From positions 21,204,001-21,268,000 of the forward strand of contig OZ038379.1 in the NCBI GenBank assembly GCA_964036045.1: a stretch of DNA of 64,000 nt. The letters are read 5' to 3'. Each line of letters begins with the position of its first letter. Within the stretch, counting starts at the first letter, position 1. The notes under the pieces are model-generated. The model was not told the DNA's origin. It did not search any database and saw only the letters and a list, made by a program, of their open reading frames with translations. The position numbers were made by a program, and so were the translations under genes. Source of the stretch: Eutreptiella sp. 'Long Island Sound 2002' (Eukaryota > Protista > Euglenida). Below, piece by piece: positions 37,650 through 47,290 of this stretch.

Positions 37650-38770
37650 TCTCCCCTTCGGCCGATCCAACGCAAGGACCACCTCACCTTTCACAGCCCT
37701 CCCCGGTTTGCGTGCTAACGCATGGCAGACATTGTGGCTTCTCCCATATTGGTGCACATACCTTGTACACCGCATTTAGTACGGGGTGGACCTACAATGT
37801 GTCTAGTCCGCCCCTGTACCCGTGCAGTAAATGCGGCCAATTGCAATGGTCTTGGCCGCGGACAACCCTCTTCTGTGGGCCCTACTTCAGCGCCCCCCCC
37901 CCCCCCCTGAGCCCTAGCCCCTCCCCACCCGATTAGTGGCCAAATCAGGGGGGGCTGGGGCTGTAGTGCGGGTAGTCCGCCTTCGTCCGCCCTTGCAGTT
38001 TCCGTTGCCGCATCAGGGGCGGACGCTCACGGCGGCACAACGGACGAGCCTTGGTTCCTTGGTACCGCCATCTCCGATGCAAGGGTGGTTGACCCCGTCC
38101 TCTCCGACCAAGGCATTGCCACCGCCAAAAGGGCGCGGGGTACCATTGATTCTTGAGCAAGCCTCTTGTCAGGTCTGTCCATAACTGCCACCAAGTACCC
38201 GGAACTCAACCGCTCCTAGGTATTGTCCTAGCATCCCTGATTGCTCGCGGCACAGGGTAAGAAGTCAGTCACGATGCGCGGAGTCCTCGGCGCTCTCCGA
38301 GTTTTCGAAAAACTTGCCATCATTCCACCCAGTGTTGCCCCCATGCATTGGGCTATGTCCCCGAGAGCGGATCGCAGATACGGACATCCAGCCCCGGCTC
38401 CCGTTTGGGGCACGCCTCACATGCTTGCGTTCATGTCCTCTAGGGTCAGTTCCGAGGCCGAGTTTATTACCCCCGGCATCGTTGTCCTTTTCATCTGCCA
38501 TCTCTTCTGAGTCGGTGAAATAGCCCGTGTCCGCCGCCGTGAGACTGCCACCTAACGCTGTGTATCCTTGTACCACTCCAAAGGAGCCAAGTGCTGGGTT
38601 ACAGCCTCTCTGGGAGTGTGGGGCAAATACGGGTGCAAGACTCAAGTCGAGGCCACTTCTATCGCTCCCTAGACTAGGTTCCTCTCGCAAGATTGATCGA
38701 ATATCGCAAGCGCAGCCCAGCGGAATCCCCAAGTTGGCTAGGAGACTTGTATCCAAGCACCAACGGTAGC
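37650..38770 (+). mobile_element. Degenerate DIRS/TATE-like tyrosine-recombinase retroelement relic
   Basis: Gag-like PPLYPCSKCGQLQWSW at ~37810-37855; YR-like frame LGALRVFEKL..PMHWA..DR..PVW..IVVLFICHLF*VGEIARVR (R>stop in the R-x-x-E box) followed by YHSK and LGVWG; several stops. Confidence 0.55.
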
Positions 38771-39559
38771 AGCATGCCGCAGCATGCCGCAACGCCACAT
38801 TCTGGGTGCCGTTGGTGGGGGTTTTGAAGCATGCCGTAGCATCCCGCAGCTTGCTGCAGTGGCCTGAATTTTTCATATGGCGCACTTTTTTTTGATAACA
38901 TGTCCAACCTTTGGACCCTTTGTTGCACAGAGATGCTGGACTTGGATGGTAGCTCAGTGGTATCGTCCGCGAGAAGGGCGCCCTAGCCCCCCTAGCCCCC
39001 TTGGGAGGCCCAAAATGGACCCGGTGGCCTAAGAGTTAGCAAAAATGCACACGAAATGAAATACATTACGATTCTCACACAGTGTCGGGCACCTCCGAAC
39101 GGTTGGGTATGCGGCCCAGGTGTGATCCGACAATTCGCACCGCGCCTACCTATTTGTGGGGTAGGGTTAAATAGGCTTGGGTATTTCCGGCAATGGGGAC
39201 CAAAAACCTCGGGACTGTGGGTCACCGAGGCGGTCATGGGGTTCCAATTACACCATGGGTTTGGAAATACACCATGGGGTTGGAAATACACCATGGGGTG
39301 AGTAATGCAATTGCGGGGGGGTAAAGGAAGGGGGGGGGTGATACTAGACTGGTCAGCCGCCGCAACTCGGGAGGCCCATTTGTTATGGTTTAGGTTTGGG
39401 CACACACAAGTTTGGGTTCGGGCACCATTCACTGCTTGGATTTTTCAAAGGGGAGCCGCCCCTGAAACCACTTGCCTAAACAAAAAAACGAAATGCAACT
39501 CGGCACAACGCAATTACTATGTGACCCCTGTGTTCCCGCGGGTCCCCACGGCCTTAGGC

Positions 39560-40185
39560 GGCAACCCAAAAGAGGGCGGAAATGCTATGTCACGCCTGCA
39601 TTCTCGGGGGTGCCCAACACCAAGCGCGAGGAACAAAATCAGAAGTGGCTGCCTCACCCCTGCCTTCTCGGGGGCCCAAAAAGAGGGCGGAAATGCTACG
39701 TCACCCCTACATTCTCGGGGGGTCCCCAAACAAAAGGGGACAAAATCAGAAGAGGCTGCCTCACCCCTGCCTTCTCAGGGGCCCAAAAGAGGGCGGAAAT
39801 GCTATGTCACCCCTACATTCTCGGGGGTTCCCAAACAAGGGGACAAAATCAAAAGGGGCTACCCCACCCCTACCTTCTCGGGGGCCCAAAAAGAGGGCGG
39901 AAATGCTATGTCACCCCTGCATTCTCGGGGGTCCCCAAACAAAGGGGGGCAAAATCAAAAGGGGCTGCCTCACCCCTGCCTTCTCGGGGGCCCAAAAGAG
40001 GGCGGAAATGCTATGTCACCCCTACATTCTCAGGGGTCCCCAAACAAGGGGACAAAATCAAAAGGGGCTACCCCACCCCTGCCTTCTCGGGGGCCCAAAA
40101 AGAGGGCGGAAATGCTATGTCACCCCTGCATTCTCGGGGGTCCCCAAACAAAGGGGGACAAAATCAAAAGTGGCTGCATTGGGGA
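39560..40185 (+). repeat. Satellite of ~6 dimeric 103-110 bp units (A+B subunits)
   Basis: A-unit cccaaaa(a)gagggcggaaatgc starts at 39565, 39675, 39782, 39885, 39991 and 40094; both subunits share tcacccctgc(a/c)ttctcgggg. Confidence 0.95.
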
Positions 40186-40369
40186 CAAGGACAAAACTGT
40201 GGGTATGCAGCCCAAAAGAATGCCACCAAAAAAATTTCGCACAAATGGTGTGCTTGCATCGAAAAACACCCTTAAAAAACCCCCACGGACCATTTTTGAA
40301 AAGGGGGAGGATTTTCCGAAACCCCTCATGGTATCGGATTTCTGAGAACCCCCCCCCCCCCCCTGGCCC

Positions 40370-40915
40370 ATGTTAGGGTTAGGGTGCATCAAGGTGCAAG
40401 CACTGAGTCAGCTAGACGCCATTGCGAACGAAGGACTGCAAGCAGTTGAAGCAGAACTGACCAAAATGGCCTGGGCCCGCAATCAGCAGATCTGGATCCG
40501 ACTGGACCAACCACATGGCACCAGGATGCGTTGTGAGATTGTGGACAACCATGGGGAACCACTGCAGATGAGCCATCAGGAGCTCTACTCGGTGATGGTC
40601 CAGATCAACTGGACCCTGAAGACCCAGGCTTTGGCGAACATGCAGGTCCAGTGGCGACCCAAAAGTGCAGGCAAGTGGCACCCGTTCCAGTGGGAGGCGA
40701 TCCTCCACTGTCCGACAGCAGAAGGGCATAGAGCGGTGCCCTCCTCGGTAAGCAGAACTGGCGATTGCATGCATGTGTGGCTGACAGGCCGAGCGGACCT
40801 CTTGCGACTGTTCCAAAGAACGCACTTCAGGCAGGCGGACCCGGTACCCGGGGACGCTGTGCGGTTCCTTTACACACTGCTGAACACACCCCCATGCGAA
40901 AGAAGATATGCATGA
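40370..40915 (+). other. Orphan coding-like ORF (181 aa) beginning in ttagggttagggt
   Basis: Stop-free with protein-like composition and GC3 bias; no ATG at the start and no family recognised. Confidence 0.35.
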
Positions 40916-40983
40916 CAGGGGGTGACAACAAGGAGAAGAAGAGTGAAGCGCATGGTGCCATGGTGCCATGGTGCAGATAACCC

Positions 40984-41088
40984 ATCGTCGTGGCCCAGTG
41001 GATACACCGCACCTCTTTTGTCCCGTGGAGGATGGTTCGAACCCCGGGGGGGATAGAGATGCACCAAGCAACCCGAACCCCCTTTTTT
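40984..41088 (+). ncRNA. tRNA-derived Pol III unit (SINE head or tRNA pseudogene)
   Basis: A-box TGGCCCAGTGG at 40991 and B-box GGTTCGAACCC at 41034 at tRNA spacing (43 nt); T6 run at 41083-41088; acceptor and T stems only partly pair, so this is not a functional tRNA. Confidence 0.65.
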
Positions 41089-41847
41089 GGGGCGTGGGAG
41101 AGAGGGAAAGAGACACAGAGTTAGAGAGAGAGAGGGTAGAGCACGGTGAGAAAGGAACGGAGAGGCGCAACAGTAGAGGATGAGCAGGGGAGAGCACGAG
41201 AGAATGGGAGGGAGAGAGTAGGAGAGAGACCCACAGAGCGAGAGACCGGGGCTAACCGGCGCAAAGGGAGGTGGTGGGTTCGAGCTGACCAGGGTTCGGG
41301 CTGAGCAGGGTGGGTTCGAGCAGAGCGAGGTGAAAGGGACGCCACGGAGACACGGAACAGTCAAGAAATGAAAAAGCAGGGCGCCGTAGCGCCCCTGAGC
41401 CACAGGCACAACATGTTGTCACGTGTTGCACAGCCAAAGCACGACTGGGGCGGCGAGAGTGCGGCCCATGTGAGGATGACGAAAGCAAGTAGGCATGAAT
41501 GTGTGGGCGGCATGCGCATGCATCGTGGGGAGCAGACGTGGTATGCGCCACACGCATAACAGCAATGATTTGTTGAGTTGCCTGACAGACGGAGCGCATG
41601 CTGAAATTCTGAGACGCCTTTGCGCCAACCAAGGCGCCATTGCGCCCCTAAGGATGGAGTTTGACACGACCTCACGACCTGCAGGGCAAGGGTTAGAGAC
41701 TAACCGGCACTGTGGGTGGGTGGTGGGTGCGAGCTGACCTCAATGTCCAGAGGAACAGTGCCAATGCACAACCAGCAGCCACCTGGTGTGGTACAGAACT
41801 GGTCTACGCTGCAGTGCAGCAAGCAAAACACTGAACAATGTGGTTAT

Positions 41848-41997
41848 GACCATGCGCCTGTGACACGGGGGCGTATGCGAGCCCAGTTTCCGTTGCCTCA
41901 TGGCCCTGGCCCATGTGGTGATGACCATGCGCCTGTGACACGGGGGCGTTTGCGAGCCCAGTATCCGTTGCCTCATGGCCCTGGCCCATGTGGTCGT
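41848..41997 (+). repeat. Tandem duplication, 2 x 75 bp
   Basis: gaccatgcgcctgtgacacggggg...ggccctggcccatgtggt at 41848 and 41923, nearly identical. Confidence 0.95.
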
Positions 41998-43302
41998 CTC
42001 CGCCCACCAAAGGCGGAAAAGATCATGAGTGGACAGGTATGGTACATGCTTGTGAGCAGAAAAAAATAAGTGCGGCTTGCTCAAGGTGAGTGGCCCAATG
42101 GGCACCGCAAAGAGCCTAATTTTCCGGTCGGGTAGGTACCTTCAAGCCCTCGAGAGCAGCTGGCGGCGCGCTCACGTGTGCCGCGGTAGTGGTGAGAACG
42201 GCGTTGGTGCGCAACACGGTTTTAGCTGGGCTCGAAGCTTGCACCGGGGCTGCATAGATACTCACAACCGACGGCACATCCCGGTGCTCGGGTTGATGGA
42301 GCCCGTGAGATACAAGCAGGCACCAATGGTCCCCTAGAAAATTTTGCCTCGCTGCGGCATGCTGCGGCACGCTTCAAGCTGTTGGTGGAGGGTACCATCC
42401 TTTTCCAAAACACACACAGATATCAAAAAGCAGACCAAAACAGAGTGAAACGCTTACCCTAACACCCTGCAAACTGTTGTATCAATTCAGAATTGGGCGC
42501 GTTTCTACTGCTCCTCCTCACATTTTCGTTTCTTGTCCATTTTGGTACTCACCTTGGCTGTTAGTCAGGCTAAGGTGGTCCCCAATACATTTCCCAATGG
42601 CCCACTGTAAACAGTCTGTTGTACTCCTGGTTGTCTCCTTGTTCCTTGTAGAGTTCTGTGACTCCTGAGACCCTGGGGCCTCAGTAGTGGGAGTAGCCTC
42701 AGGAGTTGACATGGAACAGAGACGCAAAAAAACAACGAAAATCTGTGGAACAGCAGAGAAGAACTGACAGGCAAGAATTTGACAAGTTTGGGTATTGAAC
42801 TCCGCGCAGCGAAAAACCCCCTTAACCCCCCCCCCTTCCAACCCCCCCCCCCGTTTTTTAAATTTGGCTCTGGGGGGGTTTTAATCAGGATATCTGATTT
42901 TTGAGACCCCCCCCCGTGACATGGGTCTTTGATAGGCCCCTCTCTTCAGCATTCCGTTGACTCCGATATTGGCCTAGCCAATCCGTGCTACACCATTTGG
43001 CCACCTCCGGGCCACCACATTCTGCCTCCTCACCCCACTTGGGCACCAAAGATGATGTGACACTTGAAACGGCGGGGCGGGGTGTTGGGAAAGCGGGGCC
43101 ACCTTTGGCATATGGTCTTTGCTCTGTCGGACCAGTGGCAACGAGGGCTGCTCTGACCTTATATATGTTAACACATGGGGGTTTTCCATTCCTTGTGTAT
43201 TTGTTGTGGAGTTGTGTGCGGCTGCCCGGGTCCGGTGTCTTGTGCAAGGGTAGTATTATGTGACGAGGTCCATCAGTGGGGGGGGGGGGGATGGACACAC
43301 AG

Positions 43303-43490
43303 AAAAGTAAAGTTAAGCATTTAACTTTACTTTTTGCCTTAGCAGATACAGCTATAGGTCGGGATTAACAGACTCAGGCGGGGCGGGACACCACCAGGGC
43401 GGATGGGTGGGTTGGACGCTGCGATACCCCAAGCCGCTTGCCTCCCCACAATTGATGTTTTGTTTTGAGCAGCCAGTCAGCTTTCAATAG
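43303..43490. repeat. Dispersed repeat copy 2, capped by a perfect 14-bp hairpin
   Basis: AAAAGTAAAGTTAA-GCAT-TTAACTTTACTTTT at 43303-43334, then homology to 36640-36795. Confidence 0.75.
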
Positions 43491-44258
43491 CCGACACACT
43501 AGCACTCTCATCACTGTCTAGCGCCAACAAATTAGGCATCAGCCGCCTAGGCGCAGTGGTTGTCTCTCTAACTAGAAAAAGAATGTGCTCCAATAGTGGT
43601 ACCAATTTGCCAAAGTCAGGGAATTGCATCCAAGAAAGAGGCTTTACTCCACTGCCTGCCACACTAGAGAGCGCCTCCCCAGTCTCCGTATATGAGCTAT
43701 GGGTCAGCGCCCAGTGCCCTGCATGCCAGGGATCTAGTGTATCACAGACTTGAGTCGCCATTTCCAAGAACTATCTTGAGTACTTGTGAACACTTCGAGT
43801 CTGCCCCCCCCCCCCCCCCAAAAGCGAGAAAGAGACCTTACTCCACTGCCATCCAGGTCCGCTCTGTTGATTTCTGTTACATCTTTGCAGTGCACTCAAG
43901 GCAATGCATCTTGAAGGTCTTCACCACCTCAGCCATCTTGCTTCCAGTTACCACATCACACCACGTGTGTCCAGTTGCCTTTTGAAGGTTGTAGCTCCTG
44001 TTAGCCACAGCCTAAATGCCGTACTGCTTGCAGTCACCTTGGGTTCAACCATCAAACAATTAGAAGGCCCCCACAAAGCAATTGCCAGGACAGGGCAGGG
44101 CAGGATGGGGCAGTGCAGGGCACAATGGTATCTGGTTGTGGTGTCTTGTTTTGGGAACTGAGTGCTCCTACTGTTCTACAGCTCTTTCCAATTGGTTGGA
44201 CAACAGCCACGGCGATGAGCTATGGCCAGCAACGTGGCCCACACTCCGCAGTGCAGGA

Positions 44259-45332
44259 ATGATGCCTGCGTCCTTGCTGGCGTTGCTCCTTTTTGCAGCG
44301 GCTCTCCCCCATGTCACGTGTGGCAGTCACTACAGCTCAACACAGATTGCGAAACGTCTAGGTGATATTACCAAAGCCACGGAGTGCCCTGATGCGACTT
44401 GGAAGGTGCAGTTCTTCAAGAGCCAGGCCATCCAGAGTCGAAAGGCCCCAGTTGTGATTTTCGACATTGGGTGCAATAAAGGGTTTGATGCCATCAGCAC
44501 CTTGCAGCTCTTCTCCCAAAACTTCAGCGTCAGTGCTGAGGTATGGGCCAACACCGCCGGGTTTCATGGATGTGGCTGGTGTCAGCAATGCCACAATCGT
44601 GTGCCCCGAGAGCCCCAGGCTTTGGCCAAGAAGGTCAAGTTGCACTGCGTGGAGCCTCTGCCTGCAAACTATGAGGCGTTGCAACGCGGCGCACGCGTCC
44701 TTCATCTGAGCGAGCAAGGCCTGCAAGTCGTGCACGGGGCGTTCACCAGCCGCCATGACGCGGAGACACGCGCTTGGAGCGCCAGCTTTCCCGTTGGGCC
44801 GGGCCTTGCGGGTGTGGAGAACTTTGGCATCGATGTCAACACTGCAGGGGGTTGGCTCTTGGCCGCCATGAAAAGGAGGAAGGGGTTGAAGAAGCATGAC
44901 AAAGTGGGTCAGAAGCTCAAGATGGCGTTTGAGGGGAACCAGAGTGTCCCGCTCCTTGTGCTCGATGACTACGTGCAGAAGTATCGGGTGAAACAGATTG
45001 ATATCCTCAGCATAGATACTGAGGGCAACGACGCCCTGGTGCTTGCAGGCGGCAACAGGACTCTGCCGAGCATGGTGCGGTATGTGGAGTTCGAGGTCCA
45101 CAAGTTTGGGGCCTGGCAGCAGCACAGCCTGTCCAGTGTCGTGCTGCGGTTGGCTGACGCTGGGTTTGTTTGCTACTGGACGGGCAAGTCGAAGCTGTGG
45201 CGGATCACGGATTATTGGCATCCCGCGTACGACAAAAAGACCCGCGGCAACGTGGGGTGCGTGCATCGTAGAGAAGCAGAGTGGCTTGGCATAATGGAGG
45301 GGTTCTTTAACAGCACGATGCACTCGCGGTGA
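44259..45332 (+). CDS. FkbM-family (Methyltransf_21) SAM-dependent methyltransferase with N-terminal signal peptide, intronless, 357 aa
   Basis: MMPASLLALLLFAAALPHVTCG signal; VIFDIGCNKG, LHCVEPLPANY, LDDYV..IDILSIDTEGNDALVLAG, YVEFEVH, LADAGFVCYW; ATG 2 nt after gtgcag. Confidence 0.9.
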   Translation: MMPASLLALLLFAAALPHVTCGSHYSSTQIAKRLGDITKATECPDATWKVQFFKSQAIQSRKAPVVIFDIGCNKGFDAISTLQLFSQNFSVSAEVWANTAGFHGCGWCQQCHNRVPREPQALAKKVKLHCVEPLPANYEALQRGARVLHLSEQGLQVVHGAFTSRHDAETRAWSASFPVGPGLAGVENFGIDVNTAGGWLLAAMKRRKGLKKHDKVGQKLKMAFEGNQSVPLLVLDDYVQKYRVKQIDILSIDTEGNDALVLAGGNRTLPSMVRYVEFEVHKFGAWQQHSLSSVVLRLADAGFVCYWTGKSKLWRITDYWHPAYDKKTRGNVGCVHRREAEWLGIMEGFFNSTMHSR

Positions 45333-46085
45333 TTCAGGAGTAGACTGGACACAGCGAAAAGGGAGGACTGAGGCTGTTTGTCAAGGAATTCGGTGCAAAC
45401 GAGGGGGGCATGCCGACAGGGCCCATGCTGGGTGCCTGTGTATGCCTCAATATTCAATGGACAATGCAGACCAGCACACTACATGAGCTGCTCAACCCCT
45501 CCTCTCCCTCGTTGAATGTTCATGCGGGGGGAGGGGGGGCAGTGCGTTGAACTGGGTTTATCCCGCATGTCACCCCAATTTTCCCGCAGTACATTTCGCA
45601 TCCACCCCACGCACCTGCTCTGCAGGGACAATGGCACAAGCAGTGGGATACACAGCAACACCCGAAAAATGTGCAATAAATTTCGCACTAAACTAAAATG
45701 TGAGGTTTCCCACAACCAAATCGACTTGTCGCGACCCCCCCCCCCCCCCGATTCTCTCTAAGTGCTTTTCAACGGACACGTGGATGTCGACGTAAAAGCC
45801 AACCATCAACAACCTCTTTGTCATCCGAATAATTCCGTCTTTCATCTGCAAACACGTCGGACATCCGGGGTTGCTATTGGAGTGAGCTGATACGCAGTAC
45901 AGCAACTTCCCTGGCTAGACTGGACAGGAAGCTCAGAGGGTCTGCTGATTGGGTTTGGAAATAGCTGAGACATGAGGTCCAACATGAGTACCAATCTGGA
46001 CCCGGATAATTTGTTGTGTCTCTCAACTCAATGCGTATTGTGCAGTTGCAGATGTTCACTCAACATGCCAACACCCCCTTAGGGT

Positions 46086-46270
46086 CAACAGTGGGACCCA
46101 GGGTTCTAGCAGCAGTAGCAGTAGCAGCAGCAGCAGCAAGCAGCAAGCAAGATGGTGCGAGATGGCCCAAAATGGTACCTCCGCCCTGGTGGCTCGGATT
46201 CTGCTGGAATTTTGGTGGCAACACCAAAATCGCACCGGGTGCATGTGGCAACTTTTTTTACGTGTTTGCA
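46086..46270 (+). mobile_element. Diverged 5' fragment related to the ATIR element family
   Basis: (gcagca/gcaa)n then gagatggcccaaaatggtacctccg..ggattctgctggaattttggtgg, similar to 56430-56495 plus 56928-56960; starts right after TTAGGGT. Confidence 0.5.
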
Positions 46271-46734
46271 AGGGCAGGACAAGATACTCCCTAGTTCATT
46301 GAAGCATTTGGTAAATGCAAGGCATCCGCAAGCCCCTAGGAATTAATGATGCCCATCCAGAAGCCCCCAATGATTAACAGCAACCATCCAGAAGTCTTCA
46401 AGCACCAGAACCAGCTGTAGTCCAAAGTGCCCCCTCCCCCTTGGTGCTCAGCATCACCACAAACCTCTGCTGATGGGGTCACGGACCCAACCCTCTCCAA
46501 CCCTCTCTTGCAGCACTGAAGCGTAACACTGTGTTACCCCATGATCCGCCCCCCCCCCCCCCTCTGCCTCTCAAATGGCTGTGTATGGCTGTGTGTAATT
46601 CACTCCAGTATTTAGGGGGGTTTTGGGTTCCTAAGGCTAGAAGCAAAAGCCATGGTCGTCTACAACGACCAACTCGGCTGACTTGTTACTTCCCACAACC
46701 TGCCCAACCCATGCGGTGACCCTAACCTCTAATA

Positions 46735-47290
46735 TGGCAATCCTGATCTTTGTCATCATCAGGATGCAGGTGTGAGTGCAAGAGTGCAACAACAGTCCCC
46801 ATGGTAATTGGGCAGGATATGTCAGTTAACAGACTGGAGCATTGTGTGCTGCATCAGAACCGAGAGTGGATAGTTGGGGGCTTGGGATTCCGGAGGTCTG
46901 ACTGGGGTGTTTAGGGCTTGTTGTTTGCAATGAAAGGGTTTGTGTTGATCCTGGTACCTGGAGTGCGCAACACACATAGGTCAATAGCTATGATGAAGGG
47001 CTTTCATTACAAGTTATGACCATTCTGAGATGCTTCAGGGGATGGAAAACAATTCATGCAGCCATGATGCCACACCACCTACTTGGGGGCGCATAGCACA
47101 CCATGGTGACGTGTGGATATGGCACTTTGAGACTTGATCCGACTGCCAACCAGGGTCTGGTGGTGTGTTATGTGATCCATTGCTGATGTGCCGTGAACAG
47201 ATAGCAATGCTGCTCTTTGTCATCATTTGGATGCAGGTGTGAGTGCAACAGTGCGACAACAGTCCCCATGGTAATTTGGCAGGGAAACGT
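46735..47290 (+). repeat. ~85-bp direct duplication (46735-46820 vs 47205-47290)
   Basis: tctttgtcatcat..ggatgcaggtgtgagtgcaa.agtgc.acaacagtccccatggtaatt is present twice. Confidence 0.8.

Noticed and set aside
39560-40185. CRISPR-like array (repeats with hairpins)
   Set aside because: The intervening sequences are themselves repeated rather than unique spacers; no cas genes; eukaryotic context.
39305-40376. Long ORFs in all three + frames (346, 267, 264 aa)
   Set aside because: They arise from a stop-poor satellite unit; the peptides are repetitive and have no domain.
44358-45323. 321-aa minus-strand ORF
   Set aside because: Antisense shadow of the GC3-rich FkbM CDS; the same applies to 31600-32001 and 33152-33814.
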